Shown here piece by piece: positions 29,795-39,459 of a stretch of 64,000 bases of DNA. Origin of the DNA: an uncultured Gammaproteobacteria bacterium (lineage in GTDB: Bacteria > Patescibacteriota > Patescibacteriia > UBA11705 > JABHMO01); NCBI GenBank assembly GCA_964584985.1, contig CAZPBK010000001.1:60742-124741 (forward strand), given 5' to 3'. Below the pieces are notes generated by a model. That model was not told the DNA's origin and searched no databases. It saw only the letters and a program-made list of their open reading frames with translations. The first letter of the stretch is position 1; the number at the start of each line of letters is the position of its first letter. A program made the position numbers and the translations under genes.

Positions 29795-30639
29795 TTGTTT
29801 AATAAATATTTTATTCCAACAACAACCCTTAAAGCAAATAAATTGATTGATAAAAGCGGATGACTTAATAATCGTTTCCATTTACCATTTTCTGTAAAAA
29901 CTCCTAAATACCTATATTTAATTCCTAACTGCTTTTTTACATCAGGATCATCCTTCCCCCATTTTTTTATATATGGTTCAATAGTTGGTACATATTTACT
30001 TTTCTTATTTAAATAAACACCTAATGTTAGCCATTCCTCATGATGATAGATTTTATTTTTCGTAATACTTAATTTATTTGTTATTTCTTTTATCATTTTT
30101 GTTAAATCCCAATCATCCGGAGCAAACGGCATATTGATTTCATCAAACCCACTGACTTGTTCAAAAATATCTTTTTTAAAAACTCTCAAAGCATCAATGC
30201 AAGTTTGGTTATAAAAACTCCTTTCAAAATTTCTGATTTTCCCAAACCAACCTTTTCCCATTACGAACTCAGGAACATATAAAGCATCGAATTGTTGTAT
30301 TTTTTCGGCAATTTCTTGAAAAAGGCCCTTTTCAAAGGTCATATCCGCATCAGGAACAAATAAAATCTCACCATTTGCCTTTGATGCCCCGAAATTCACT
30401 TGTGCGCCGCGAAAGTTTTCCACATTCGTTAGCTTTTTTTCGTTTGCCAAATTATATACTTTATCAATCAAACTGCGAGCTTTTTCGCGTGTTGAATCTT
30501 TTGAATTATTGTCAACCACAATAATCTCCACTCTGTCTTTTGGATAATCAAGAGAATCAATTGAATTAATAATGTTTTTGATATTCTTTTCTTCGTTATA
30601 GGTTGCAATAATTGTTGAAATTAGAGGTAATTTATGCAT
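29791..30639 (-). CDS. glycosyltransferase family 2
   Basis: ISTIIATYNEE, VDNNSKD, DAD. Confidence 0.9.
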   Translation of the reverse strand: MHKLPLISTIIATYNEEKNIKNIINSIDSLDYPKDRVEIIVVDNNSKDSTREKARSLIDKVYNLANEKKLTNVENFRGAQVNFGASKANGEILFVPDADMTFEKGLFQEIAEKIQQFDALYVPEFVMGKGWFGKIRNFERSFYNQTCIDALRVFKKDIFEQVSGFDEINMPFAPDDWDLTKMIKEITNKLSITKNKIYHHEEWLTLGVYLNKKSKYVPTIEPYIKKWGKDDPDVKKQLGIKYRYLGVFTENGKWKRLLSHPLLSINLFALRVVVGIKYLLNK

Positions 30640-30649
30640 AGTTGTTATC

Positions 30650-32119
30650 TTATTTTCTAAAATCAATTAAATGGCCGAAAAATTTCATACTCGACCTGAA
30701 CAAATATTTTACATCATCAAGGTTTTTGATATTTATAATTTTTCGCCAAATAAATTGCGGGCTTATAAATGATTTATATAAACCTTGAGTTAATTCCTTA
30801 ACATCAGCCGTAGTTAACTCGGATTTCATGACTTGTTCCCTTTGATCGTATCTGTCATAATCAACAAAATTCAGTAATTTTTTTTCTCGGCAATATTTAT
30901 ATAAAGGCGTTCCAGGATAAGGGATAACGACCGTAGCTTGAAGTGTGTCAACATAGCCTTTTTTGAATAATCTTTTAGCCAAATCAACAGTTTTTTTAGC
31001 CTCGGCTTTACTTTCCCATGGATAGCCAATCATAGCCGTAATATGAGGCTCCAATCCTGCCTGCTTACATATTTTTAAATTCGGTTCAATTTCTTCCACC
31101 TTCAAACCTTTTTTAATTTTATCCAAAGTTTCTTGATTGGCTGATTCCAAACCAAAAAGAATAAATCTAAAACCGGCTTTTTTCATTAATTTCCAAGTTT
31201 CAATATTTTTAATTCCATTAATCCTCATGTTACAACTCAAGGTTACTTTTTTATTGAAACCATATTTAATCATTCCTCGGCAAAATTCATATAACCAGTC
31301 CCCGATTGGTAAACTTCCGGAATCTTCCATTATTTCTTTAACTCCAAGATCTATTAGTCTTTTAACTTCGCTCAGAGCTTGTTGAGCTGACATTTTTCTG
31401 AATTTTGAACCAGGGAAAAGAGTTGTCCATGAGCAAAAAGTACATTTCCCCCACCAACAATCTCTACCACTCATTAAATATGAACCTGGTGTATATTTAA
31501 AATTACCATTTTTGTAGGCATAAAGTTTCCATTCGGTCAATTGTCTGTCAATTAAGGGTAATTCTGTCAGCTTATGAGAATGAAAACCATATTCACCGGT
31601 ATTATTTATTAAACTACCTTCTCTATAATAAATTCCCTTTTCCAAACTTGTTGCCTTATCCAAGTGATTAGCAATACTTAATAACAAAAAGTCAAAATCA
31701 CCTGATTTTATTACATAATCTACTTTAGAGTTATTTAGTGATTCTTCCGGCAGAGCTGTGACATGATCTCCCATCAATACAATTTTCAACTTCCAATCTT
31801 CAGTCTTTGATGAAATCTTTTTTAATTTATTTATAATTTGCCAATGCTTTTTTATAACTGGTGTTTTGGTCTCAATCGCGACAAGTTCCGGTTTTTTTTC
31901 AACAATAAAGTCAAACCATTCTTTTTCCGATTGTTCTTTGGCAATTCCATCAGCCCAAAGAACTTCGTGACCATTATTTTTTAATAATGTTGCTGCATAG
32001 GCCGGAATAACAGGATAAATATAAGTGGGACTATTAAACCATTGGAATTGTCTATTTTGGGTAAGAAGTGGAACCCCTTTTTTTGATTCAATTGGAGGAA
32101 AACAAATAGCAACCTTCAT
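30650..32119 (-). CDS. B12-binding radical SAM enzyme
   Basis: N-terminal cobalamin-binding-like domain, GRDCWWGKCTFC, FGLESA, IGYPWE, PYPGT. Confidence 0.85.
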   Translation of the reverse strand: MKVAICFPPIESKKGVPLLTQNRQFQWFNSPTYIYPVIPAYAATLLKNNGHEVLWADGIAKEQSEKEWFDFIVEKKPELVAIETKTPVIKKHWQIINKLKKISSKTEDWKLKIVLMGDHVTALPEESLNNSKVDYVIKSGDFDFLLLSIANHLDKATSLEKGIYYREGSLINNTGEYGFHSHKLTELPLIDRQLTEWKLYAYKNGNFKYTPGSYLMSGRDCWWGKCTFCSWTTLFPGSKFRKMSAQQALSEVKRLIDLGVKEIMEDSGSLPIGDWLYEFCRGMIKYGFNKKVTLSCNMRINGIKNIETWKLMKKAGFRFILFGLESANQETLDKIKKGLKVEEIEPNLKICKQAGLEPHITAMIGYPWESKAEAKKTVDLAKRLFKKGYVDTLQATVVIPYPGTPLYKYCREKKLLNFVDYDRYDQREQVMKSELTTADVKELTQGLYKSFISPQFIWRKIINIKNLDDVKYLFRSSMKFFGHLIDFRK

Positions 32120-32120
32120 A

Positions 32121-33092
32121 TTATCTTAATTTGCTAGTTAAATTTTTTACGCACAAACCTTTTAAAAAATTGTAGCCATAACTTAAATGAGTACCTAATA
32201 TATAGGGTACTACTCCAAAACTGATTTTCCAATCTTTTTCATATTTTCTGATTTGCCAAACAGCAATCACAAGACCAATTAGATACACTAACCAACCAAA
32301 TATATATAGATTTAAAATTAATTTTGAAATAAGACTTCCAATCAGTCCGATCACAACAAATACAAGAAATAAGCTGGGAATAAAATATTTTAATTTAAGG
32401 GATGTTTTTGGAAATTTTTTAGCAAAATAACCTCTATGCAAGCCATAAGCACCTACCTGCTTCAAATGTTTTAAAAAACCTTTTCTTCTGTGATGAAAAA
32501 CAATTAGCTCCGGATTGTATAATATTTTCTTTCCAGTATTTATTAAGTCCAGACACATTAAGGTATCTTCACCTGGCCAATATTTTGATTTGAATCCACC
32601 GATATTTTCAAAATCAACCTTTTTTACTGAGAGATTAACACTGGGCCAATCATCAACAAATTTTTTTTTACCAACTGACACATATCTTTCGGCACATCCG
32701 CCTGAAAAACCGCTCAAAAAAACTGCACCAGATAGTTTTTGGCCAAAACTATCATCTTTAGGTGTTATAGCCGGACCGGCTACAGCACCAAGGTCAGAAT
32801 TTTTAAAAGATTTATCTAACTTTTCCAAAAAATCCTCTTTTGGGTAAGCATCATCATCAATAAATATTAAAATTTCGCCTTGAGCATGATTCATAGCCAT
32901 ACTTCTCTTCATGGCCGGCCCCCCCGGACCACTTGATATTTGTTTTGTTTTTGGCCAATTTTCACTATTGCTTCGGTCCGGAAAAATTAATATTTCATAA
33001 TCACTTCTTTCAATTTTAAGAATGTTCGGAACGGCTTCCCGAATATAATTATTTATTTCCTTAACTGGAATTATAAAACTATATTTAATCAT
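32121..33092 (-). CDS. glycosyltransferase family 2
   Basis: FIDDDA, GED, HHRR, C-terminal TMs. Confidence 0.9.
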   Translation of the reverse strand: MIKYSFIIPVKEINNYIREAVPNILKIERSDYEILIFPDRSNSENWPKTKQISSGPGGPAMKRSMAMNHAQGEILIFIDDDAYPKEDFLEKLDKSFKNSDLGAVAGPAITPKDDSFGQKLSGAVFLSGFSGGCAERYVSVGKKKFVDDWPSVNLSVKKVDFENIGGFKSKYWPGEDTLMCLDLINTGKKILYNPELIVFHHRRKGFLKHLKQVGAYGLHRGYFAKKFPKTSLKLKYFIPSLFLVFVVIGLIGSLISKLILNLYIFGWLVYLIGLVIAVWQIRKYEKDWKISFGVVPYILGTHLSYGYNFLKGLCVKNLTSKLR

Positions 33093-34389
33093 GTTTTTTT
33101 CCTATACAATAATATTTAAAACCCAATTCATTCATTTTCTTGGGGTTATGAGCATTTCTGCCATCAATAAACACATTGCCCTTCATTGATTCTTTAATTC
33201 TTTTTAAATCAATTTGTTTGAATTCATCCCAATCAGTACATAAAATAATTGAATCAACATTTTTTGCTGCTTGATAGGGACATTCAAAATAATTTATATT
33301 CGGATAGTGTTTTTGAAAATTATTTAAGGCCGCTGGGTCAAATACATTTACTTTGATCTCATGATCCAAAAGATTTTGAACTAATTCCAGTGATGGAGCA
33401 AACCTTATGTCATCAGTATTTGGTTTAAAGGATACCCCCCAAATGGCTACGGATAAATTATTAATTTCCTTATTATAAGCCTTTGATAGTTTTTGAAATA
33501 GTGCCTTTTTCATTTTATTATTCAATAATTCTACTTTTTCCAATATTTCAAAATTTTCATTATTCTGTTTACCGATATGGATCAAGGCTTGAACATCTTT
33601 GGGAAAACAAGAACCTCCATAACCACAACCAGCATCTAAAAAGGCGTTCCGACCAATTCTTTTATCAAGCTTCATTCCTTGAGAAACTTTGTTCACATCA
33701 GCCCCGGCCTTTTCACAGATATTGGCAATTGAATTAATAAAAGAAATGCTTGTAGCCAAAAAGGCGTTTGAAGCGTATTTTATCATTTCTGCACTTTTTA
33801 AATCAGTTGTAACAATCGGACAATTTAACGGCTGATATAATTTTTTCATTATACTCAACGCTTTATAGTCTTTACTATCACAACCGAGGACAACTCTATC
33901 GGAATTAAGAAAATCATCAACTGCAGTCCCTTCACGCAAAAATTCCGGATTTGAAACAACATCAAAAGAACCATTATATTGTTCTTGTATTATTTGGGTT
34001 ACTAAATCACCTGTACCGACCGGAACTGTACTTTTATTAACAATTATTGTATATTTTTTTATATTTTGACCAATACTTTTGGCAACATCTTTGATAAACG
34101 AAAGATCGCACTCTCCGTTTTCTTTTGGCGGTGTACCAACGGCAATAAAAACCATATCCACCTCATCAAAAAATGTTTGAATATTATTTTCAAAAAACAG
34201 CCTCTTTTCTTTGATGTTTTTACAAACCATTTCCTCCAATCCCGGCTCATAAATGGGAATATTCCCCTTTTGCAATAAGGCAATTTTATTTTTGTCTACA
34301 TCAATACAAGTTACATTATTGCCTAAATTCGCTAAGCATGTTCCAGTAACTAAGCCAACATAGCCTGTGCCAATTACAGCAATTTTCAT
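33085..34389 (-). CDS. ugd: UDP-glucose 6-dehydrogenase
   Basis: GTGYVG, NPEFLREG, GYGGSCFPKD, FKPNTDD. Confidence 0.95.
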   Translation of the reverse strand: MKIAVIGTGYVGLVTGTCLANLGNNVTCIDVDKNKIALLQKGNIPIYEPGLEEMVCKNIKEKRLFFENNIQTFFDEVDMVFIAVGTPPKENGECDLSFIKDVAKSIGQNIKKYTIIVNKSTVPVGTGDLVTQIIQEQYNGSFDVVSNPEFLREGTAVDDFLNSDRVVLGCDSKDYKALSIMKKLYQPLNCPIVTTDLKSAEMIKYASNAFLATSISFINSIANICEKAGADVNKVSQGMKLDKRIGRNAFLDAGCGYGGSCFPKDVQALIHIGKQNNENFEILEKVELLNNKMKKALFQKLSKAYNKEINNLSVAIWGVSFKPNTDDIRFAPSLELVQNLLDHEIKVNVFDPAALNNFQKHYPNINYFECPYQAAKNVDSIILCTDWDEFKQIDLKRIKESMKGNVFIDGRNAHNPKKMNELGFKYYCIGKKHD

Positions 34390-34395
34390 AAATTA

Positions 34396-35334
34396 TTATA
34401 TTACTTTTCTGAAATATTTTATAGTTTTTTGTAAACCTTGTTCTAGTGCTATTCCCGGTTGCCAATTTAATTTTTCCTTAGCTAAGCCGATATCTGGCTT
34501 TCTTTGTTTGGGATCGTCCTTAGGCAATTCCTTATATATAATTTGGCTAGTGGAACCGGGAACTAAATCCAATATTTTCTCTGCCAATTGTTTAATAGTA
34601 AATTCATCGGGATTTCCCAGGTTAACAGGCCCAATAAAATTATTTTTATTATTCATCATCAATAGCATACCATTTATTAAGTCATCCACATATTGGAACG
34701 CCCTGGTTTGTCCACCATCACCAAAAATTGTAATCGGTTGATTCTTTAATGCTTGAACGATAAAATTTGAAACAACTCGACCATCATTCGGATGCATATT
34801 AGGACCATAAGTATTAAAAATTCTAATAATACGAATATCAACTTTATTTGAACGATGGTAATCCATAAACAAACATTCAGCTGCTCTTTTTCCTTCATCA
34901 TAGCAGGAACGAATTCCAATAGGGTTTACATTTCCCCAATATATTTCTGATTGAGGATGAACATCAGGATCGCCATATACCTCCGATGTTGATGCTTGCA
35001 GAATTTTTGCTTTTACCCTTTTAGCTAAATCCAACATGTTAATGGCACCAGATACTGATGTTTTAATTGTTTTGATTGGATTATACTGGTAATGCACCGG
35101 GGAAGCCGGACAGGCTAGGTTATAAATTTGATCGACTTCTAATATTATAGGTTCGACAATATCGTGTCTTATAAATTCAAAATTTCTATTATTTAATAAG
35201 TCTTTTATATTATCTTTTGTTCCCGTAAAACAATTATCAAGGCAAATGACTTTATTTTTCTGTTCTAATAATTTTTTACATAAATGTGAACCTATAAAAC
35301 CCGCGCCTCCTGTTACTAAAATGGTTTTGTTCAT
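34396..35334 (-). CDS. UDP-glucuronate decarboxylase (UDP-xylose synthase)
   Basis: [36 protein letters not shown]. Confidence 0.92.
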   Translation of the reverse strand: MNKTILVTGGAGFIGSHLCKKLLEQKNKVICLDNCFTGTKDNIKDLLNNRNFEFIRHDIVEPIILEVDQIYNLACPASPVHYQYNPIKTIKTSVSGAINMLDLAKRVKAKILQASTSEVYGDPDVHPQSEIYWGNVNPIGIRSCYDEGKRAAECLFMDYHRSNKVDIRIIRIFNTYGPNMHPNDGRVVSNFIVQALKNQPITIFGDGGQTRAFQYVDDLINGMLLMMNNKNNFIGPVNLGNPDEFTIKQLAEKILDLVPGSTSQIIYKELPKDDPKQRKPDIGLAKEKLNWQPGIALEQGLQKTIKYFRKVI

Positions 35335-36257
35335 AGATTTTTTGATCTTTCTTTAATTATATACATTGGTCGATTTATTACTTCTCTTTGGATGTTCCCT
35401 ATATATAAGGCTATTAAACCGAGACAACTCAAAACTATACCAATAAAAAATATTATTAAAACAGCTAGTTGAGCCGGTCCGGAAAAGTTAAAAGACCACG
35501 CAGGATAGAGATATTGTGTTACCAGCATGAATAAACCAATCGTCCCGGAAATTAAAATTATAAAAATACCTAAATACCCCGCTAACTTAAGTGGCAATAA
35601 GCTATTAGAAACAAATGAAGACAAGGCCAGTTTAGCTAGCTTTAAATAGCTATAACCTGGTTGTCCGCTTTTTCTTGGTCGAGCTTGAAAATTAACATAA
35701 GCCTTATTAAAACCAATCCAATTCAGTAATCCTCGAGTAATTCTTTGCTTTTCAGTTAACTTGTTGAATTCTTTAATAATTTTTTTGTCTATTAAACGAA
35801 AATCAGTTGAGTGGGGTTTTATTTTTGTCTCACTGATTAAATTTATAAGTTTATAATAAAATATTGCTCCCAATTTCCTTATTAAGCTTTCTCCAACATT
35901 AGCATCTCGAACTCCAATAACCATATCATTTCCTTGTTCCCATTTATCGATGAATTTATTTATTGTTTCCGGCGGATGTTGAAGATCCGCATCTATAATA
36001 ACGGCCGCTTGTCCGTTGACATGATGCAATCCCGCACTAGTGGCGATTTCTTTACCAAAATTTCTAGAAAAAGAAATATAATTAACATTTACATCTTTCT
36101 TTGCCAATTCTTTTATAGTGGTTAAACTCGTATCCGTACTTCCGTCGTCAACAAAAATGAACTCAAAGTTTTTATTCAATTCTTTTAATTCGTTGTATAA
36201 TTCTCTTATTGTTTCCTGTTCATTATAGACAGGAATAACTATTGAAATTCTAAACAT
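35331..36257 (-). CDS. polyprenol-phosphate glycosyltransferase (GtrB-like GT2)
   Basis: [22 protein letters not shown], two C-terminal TMs, RPMY. Confidence 0.88.
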   Translation of the reverse strand: MFRISIVIPVYNEQETIRELYNELKELNKNFEFIFVDDGSTDTSLTTIKELAKKDVNVNYISFSRNFGKEIATSAGLHHVNGQAAVIIDADLQHPPETINKFIDKWEQGNDMVIGVRDANVGESLIRKLGAIFYYKLINLISETKIKPHSTDFRLIDKKIIKEFNKLTEKQRITRGLLNWIGFNKAYVNFQARPRKSGQPGYSYLKLAKLALSSFVSNSLLPLKLAGYLGIFIILISGTIGLFMLVTQYLYPAWSFNFSGPAQLAVLIIFFIGIVLSCLGLIALYIGNIQREVINRPMYIIKERSKNL

Positions 36258-36828
36258 TTTTTTTATTTCTATATAAATTTGGATCAATTACCTCCTTCAT
36301 TTTGTTGGAGTTAAGAAAAACATCAAGAAAGCTGATAATTTTATTGATATTTTCATCGGCATTAACAAAAAAATCATTGTATGAAACGCTTAAGACATCA
36401 AAATTATCTTTTTTGTTCAACCAAGCCTTAACTTCTTCTAAATGCTTTTCATACAAGGTTTTTATTTCCTTATCAGAAATGCTACTTTCTTTTTTTCTAT
36501 GAGCCAACATCTTATTTTGAGATCTTATTATTTCCTCCAAATCTCTTTCCATGAATATAACTTTATATCTGTAATTTTTGGGTAAATCATAAAGTAACAT
36601 TGAAATTATTTTCACAACCCTTCCCTTGGCTCGCTTCAACCATAATGAATCCTTTTTTGTTTTTTTTACTTTTTCAAACTCATAATACCCTTTTGGATTG
36701 TCTTTATCAGGTTTTCTAATATTGTCAACCAAAGATTTCAAACCTCCAGCTTCCAACATGTTCATCATCAAAGAGGTTCCGGACCTAGGTAGGCCGGAAA
36801 CTATAATTATCGGATTTTCATTTGACAT
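36250..36828 (-). CDS. sulfotransferase family protein
   Basis: 5'-PSB loop VSGLPRSGTS, NPKGYYE, R..S 3'-PB motif (RDLEEIIRS). Confidence 0.85.
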   Translation of the reverse strand: MSNENPIIIVSGLPRSGTSLMMNMLEAGGLKSLVDNIRKPDKDNPKGYYEFEKVKKTKKDSLWLKRAKGRVVKIISMLLYDLPKNYRYKVIFMERDLEEIIRSQNKMLAHRKKESSISDKEIKTLYEKHLEEVKAWLNKKDNFDVLSVSYNDFFVNADENINKIISFLDVFLNSNKMKEVIDPNLYRNKKNV

Positions 36829-38105
36829 ATATTTTTGTTAGTAATGAAAAAATGTAAAATAAGCAACAAAAGAGAAAAGACCACAGAAATCAAATATACA
36901 TTCAAAATTTGTGAAATATTGTCATGGAAGTTTAATAATAACAACACTTCCAATACTACGGAACCGACCAAAACATATGTAAAATTTGTTTTTCTTATAG
37001 ATAGAGCAAATAAAGAAATTAAATTAATAATAGAATAAACTGTAAATACTACAGCAATCTTCCATAGTAATGGTTGAATGGAAATATATTCCGCTCCCAA
37101 AATCAAATTAATAATCCTATCTGGGAACAAAAAATAAACAAGAGTAATAACTCCGGAAACAAAAGAGACTACAAGTAGGGCGATCTTGAAGACTTTAAGA
37201 TTACTGATTCTCATAATTTTATTTTTTGCAGCGATGGGAAACAAAACCACTGGGACTGAACTGGTGGCAAAAAATATTATTTTCCCAAATAAAACTAAAC
37301 CGGCATATAAACCTGCATTCTTTTGATCTAAAAAATGTTTGGCGAACAAAACATCAATGTTATATATAAAAACCAAACATAACGATACAATAAAGACCGG
37401 CTTCATATATGAAAATAAGCTTTTCCAATCAATATTTGTTTCTTCATTCTTTAAGACATCGCGCCGAGAAAACCAAGCATAGACCATTATTATAAATATC
37501 ACAGAGGCAAGAGGGATTGCAATCATTGCCCCCAATATGCCTAAACCTATTTTGACCAAAAAAACACCTATTAACAACTTTGAAAAGACCATGACTATTT
37601 GACTGAAAGATAATCTGACAAACTGTTGCAACCCTCTCATGAAACCCAATCCAACGGGCACCAGAAATGAGAACAAAAAATAACCGGACAAAACAATTAA
37701 GGGGGCTATTGAATCCAAGTTTAGCAATTTTTTTACTTGGCTGGAAAACAATAAAAATACAATTGATAAAAAAACTCCATAAAACGAAGCCTTTTTTATA
37801 ATTTGTTTTAAAAAACTAAAAATCTTGTTTTTCTGATTTTTTCCTGTTAAATCAGCAACTGTCTTTGAAACAACATGATTTATTGTTTGTGTAGGTACTG
37901 CTAAAATGAGAGTGATTGATAACAAGGCAGCCAAAAGTCCGAAATCCTCAGGGCCCAACATCCGACCCATAATTATTTGAAATAAATAATTACCAAAGCC
38001 TACAATTAAAGACCCCACAAAAACCATTAAGCTTCCGCTAAGTAACTTATTTTTTTTTATACTGGAGAGGCTTAATTCTCTAAATGAAAAATGCCGGTTA
38101 CTCAT
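36807..38105 (-). CDS. oligosaccharide flippase (Wzx/MOP family)
   Basis: about 12 TMs, RMLGPEDFG, NIDVLF, AGLY. Confidence 0.85.
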   Translation of the reverse strand: MSNRHFSFRELSLSSIKKNKLLSGSLMVFVGSLIVGFGNYLFQIIMGRMLGPEDFGLLAALLSITLILAVPTQTINHVVSKTVADLTGKNQKNKIFSFLKQIIKKASFYGVFLSIVFLLFSSQVKKLLNLDSIAPLIVLSGYFLFSFLVPVGLGFMRGLQQFVRLSFSQIVMVFSKLLIGVFLVKIGLGILGAMIAIPLASVIFIIMVYAWFSRRDVLKNEETNIDWKSLFSYMKPVFIVSLCLVFIYNIDVLFAKHFLDQKNAGLYAGLVLFGKIIFFATSSVPVVLFPIAAKNKIMRISNLKVFKIALLVVSFVSGVITLVYFLFPDRIINLILGAEYISIQPLLWKIAVVFTVYSIINLISLFALSIRKTNFTYVLVGSVVLEVLLLLNFHDNISQILNVYLISVVFSLLLLILHFFITNKNICQMKIR

Positions 38106-38106
38106 A

Positions 38107-38895
38107 CTAAATCTTAGCTAATTCTTTAATAACATTATAATGGATTTTCCCATTACTAACAACAAAACCGTTATAATTCATGGGATCTCTTTTATTGTAA
38201 ACAATGTTATCACCAAACATATCCGTAAAAACACCACCCGCCTCTTTAACAATAATATCAGAGGCGCAAACATCCCATTCACCGGTTTTATCACTGGTAT
38301 TTAGATATAAATCACCGAATTGGTCGGCTATTTTAGCGGATTTAAGTCCGGCACTACCGCAAGTTTGCATTTTATCTATACTTAACTTTTTAGCCAGATT
38401 CATTTCCCTATCCAAAAGATGATTGCGACTACGCAATAAAATGATTTCCGAATAATCTTTTTTATCGGAAACTTGTAATTTAACGGTTTGACCGCGATGC
38501 TCCATATAAGCTCCTTGGCCGGCTGACGCCCAAAAAAGTTTATCCTCGGCCGGCTGATAAACCGCCCCCAAAACCGGACGACCATTTTGACTTAAACCGA
38601 TCATAATGGAAAATTCGCCGGTCTGCTGAATAAAATCCTTGGTTCCGTCCAAAGGATCAATTATCCAAACCTTTTCCTGATACAACCGCTTATTTTCTTT
38701 ATCGGTTTCCTCGGACAAAATACCGTAATTCAATTGTTTTAGTTTTTGCAAAATAACCTTTTCCGAAGCTAAATCAGCTTGAGTAACCGGACTGTCCCCG
38801 CCTTTATCCCGGATATTTAAATCTTGACCGTAAAATTCCATAACTTTTTTTCCGGCTTGTTTTATGGTACTCTTCAATATACTTAATTCCGACAT
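38107..38895 (-). CDS. cysQ: 3'(2'),5'-bisphosphate nucleotidase
   Basis: SPVTQAD, SEE, WIIDPLDGTKDF, SRNH, EWDVCA. Confidence 0.92.
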   Translation of the reverse strand: MSELSILKSTIKQAGKKVMEFYGQDLNIRDKGGDSPVTQADLASEKVILQKLKQLNYGILSEETDKENKRLYQEKVWIIDPLDGTKDFIQQTGEFSIMIGLSQNGRPVLGAVYQPAEDKLFWASAGQGAYMEHRGQTVKLQVSDKKDYSEIILLRSRNHLLDREMNLAKKLSIDKMQTCGSAGLKSAKIADQFGDLYLNTSDKTGEWDVCASDIIVKEAGGVFTDMFGDNIVYNKRDPMNYNGFVVSNGKIHYNVIKELAKI

Positions 38896-38911
38896 ATTGA
38901 TCTACTATTAG

Positions 38912-38974
38912 TTGACAGATGTCTTTATTATGTTAATATTTCTAGAACAGGTTATTTTAAAAATCCACAGGAGG
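38912..38974 (+). promoter_or_regulatory. promoter and SD of the orphan gene
   Basis: TTGACA(38912)-N16-TAATAT with extended TG; AGGAGG at 38969-38974. Confidence 0.6.
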
Positions 38975-38978
38975 AAAA

Positions 38979-39401
38979 ATGAAAAACATTTTGAACAACG
39001 GAAGGTTAAGGTGTTCGGGAAGATCATGGCAATTAGTTGAAAGCGACAAGTCCTGTATTCCTGGCGGTAAAAAAAACGGTGATCATTTGATTATTCTTTT
39101 TTCAGACAAAAATAGATATTGTAGTCGCGAAGAACTGGGAGAACTCTATGTAATAGCCGAACAACTGGCTACGGAATACGCACATCAGATCAATCTTTAC
39201 CGTATTGTTAAAAACGGCAAAGGCCTGCAATTTCGTAAAGGCTTTCATCTTCATCTCATCCTTCCGAAAAAAAGAAATTTCATTGCTCGTTGTGTTGAAC
39301 CAAGCGTTTCTATGATAAAACTGAGAAAATGGCAAGGTGAGAAGGTCTTTAAGTATGTTTTGAACAAATTACTGACCAGAGGACAACAGCAAAAAAGATA
39401 A
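38979..39401 (+). CDS. HIT-like protein
   Basis: YRIVKNG...GFHLHLILP resembles the HINT C-terminal motif; own promoter, SD and terminator. Confidence 0.55.
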   Translation: MKNILNNGRLRCSGRSWQLVESDKSCIPGGKKNGDHLIILFSDKNRYCSREELGELYVIAEQLATEYAHQINLYRIVKNGKGLQFRKGFHLHLILPKKRNFIARCVEPSVSMIKLRKWQGEKVFKYVLNKLLTRGQQQKR

Positions 39402-39432
39402 TATCTCCATCCCTTCAAAAACTTCCAACCTC

Positions 39433-39459
39433 AAAAAGGTGAGTCACACTCGCCTTTTT
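39433..39459. terminator. bidirectional terminator
   Basis: AAAAAGGTGAGT-cac-ACTCGCCTTTTT. Confidence 0.7.
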
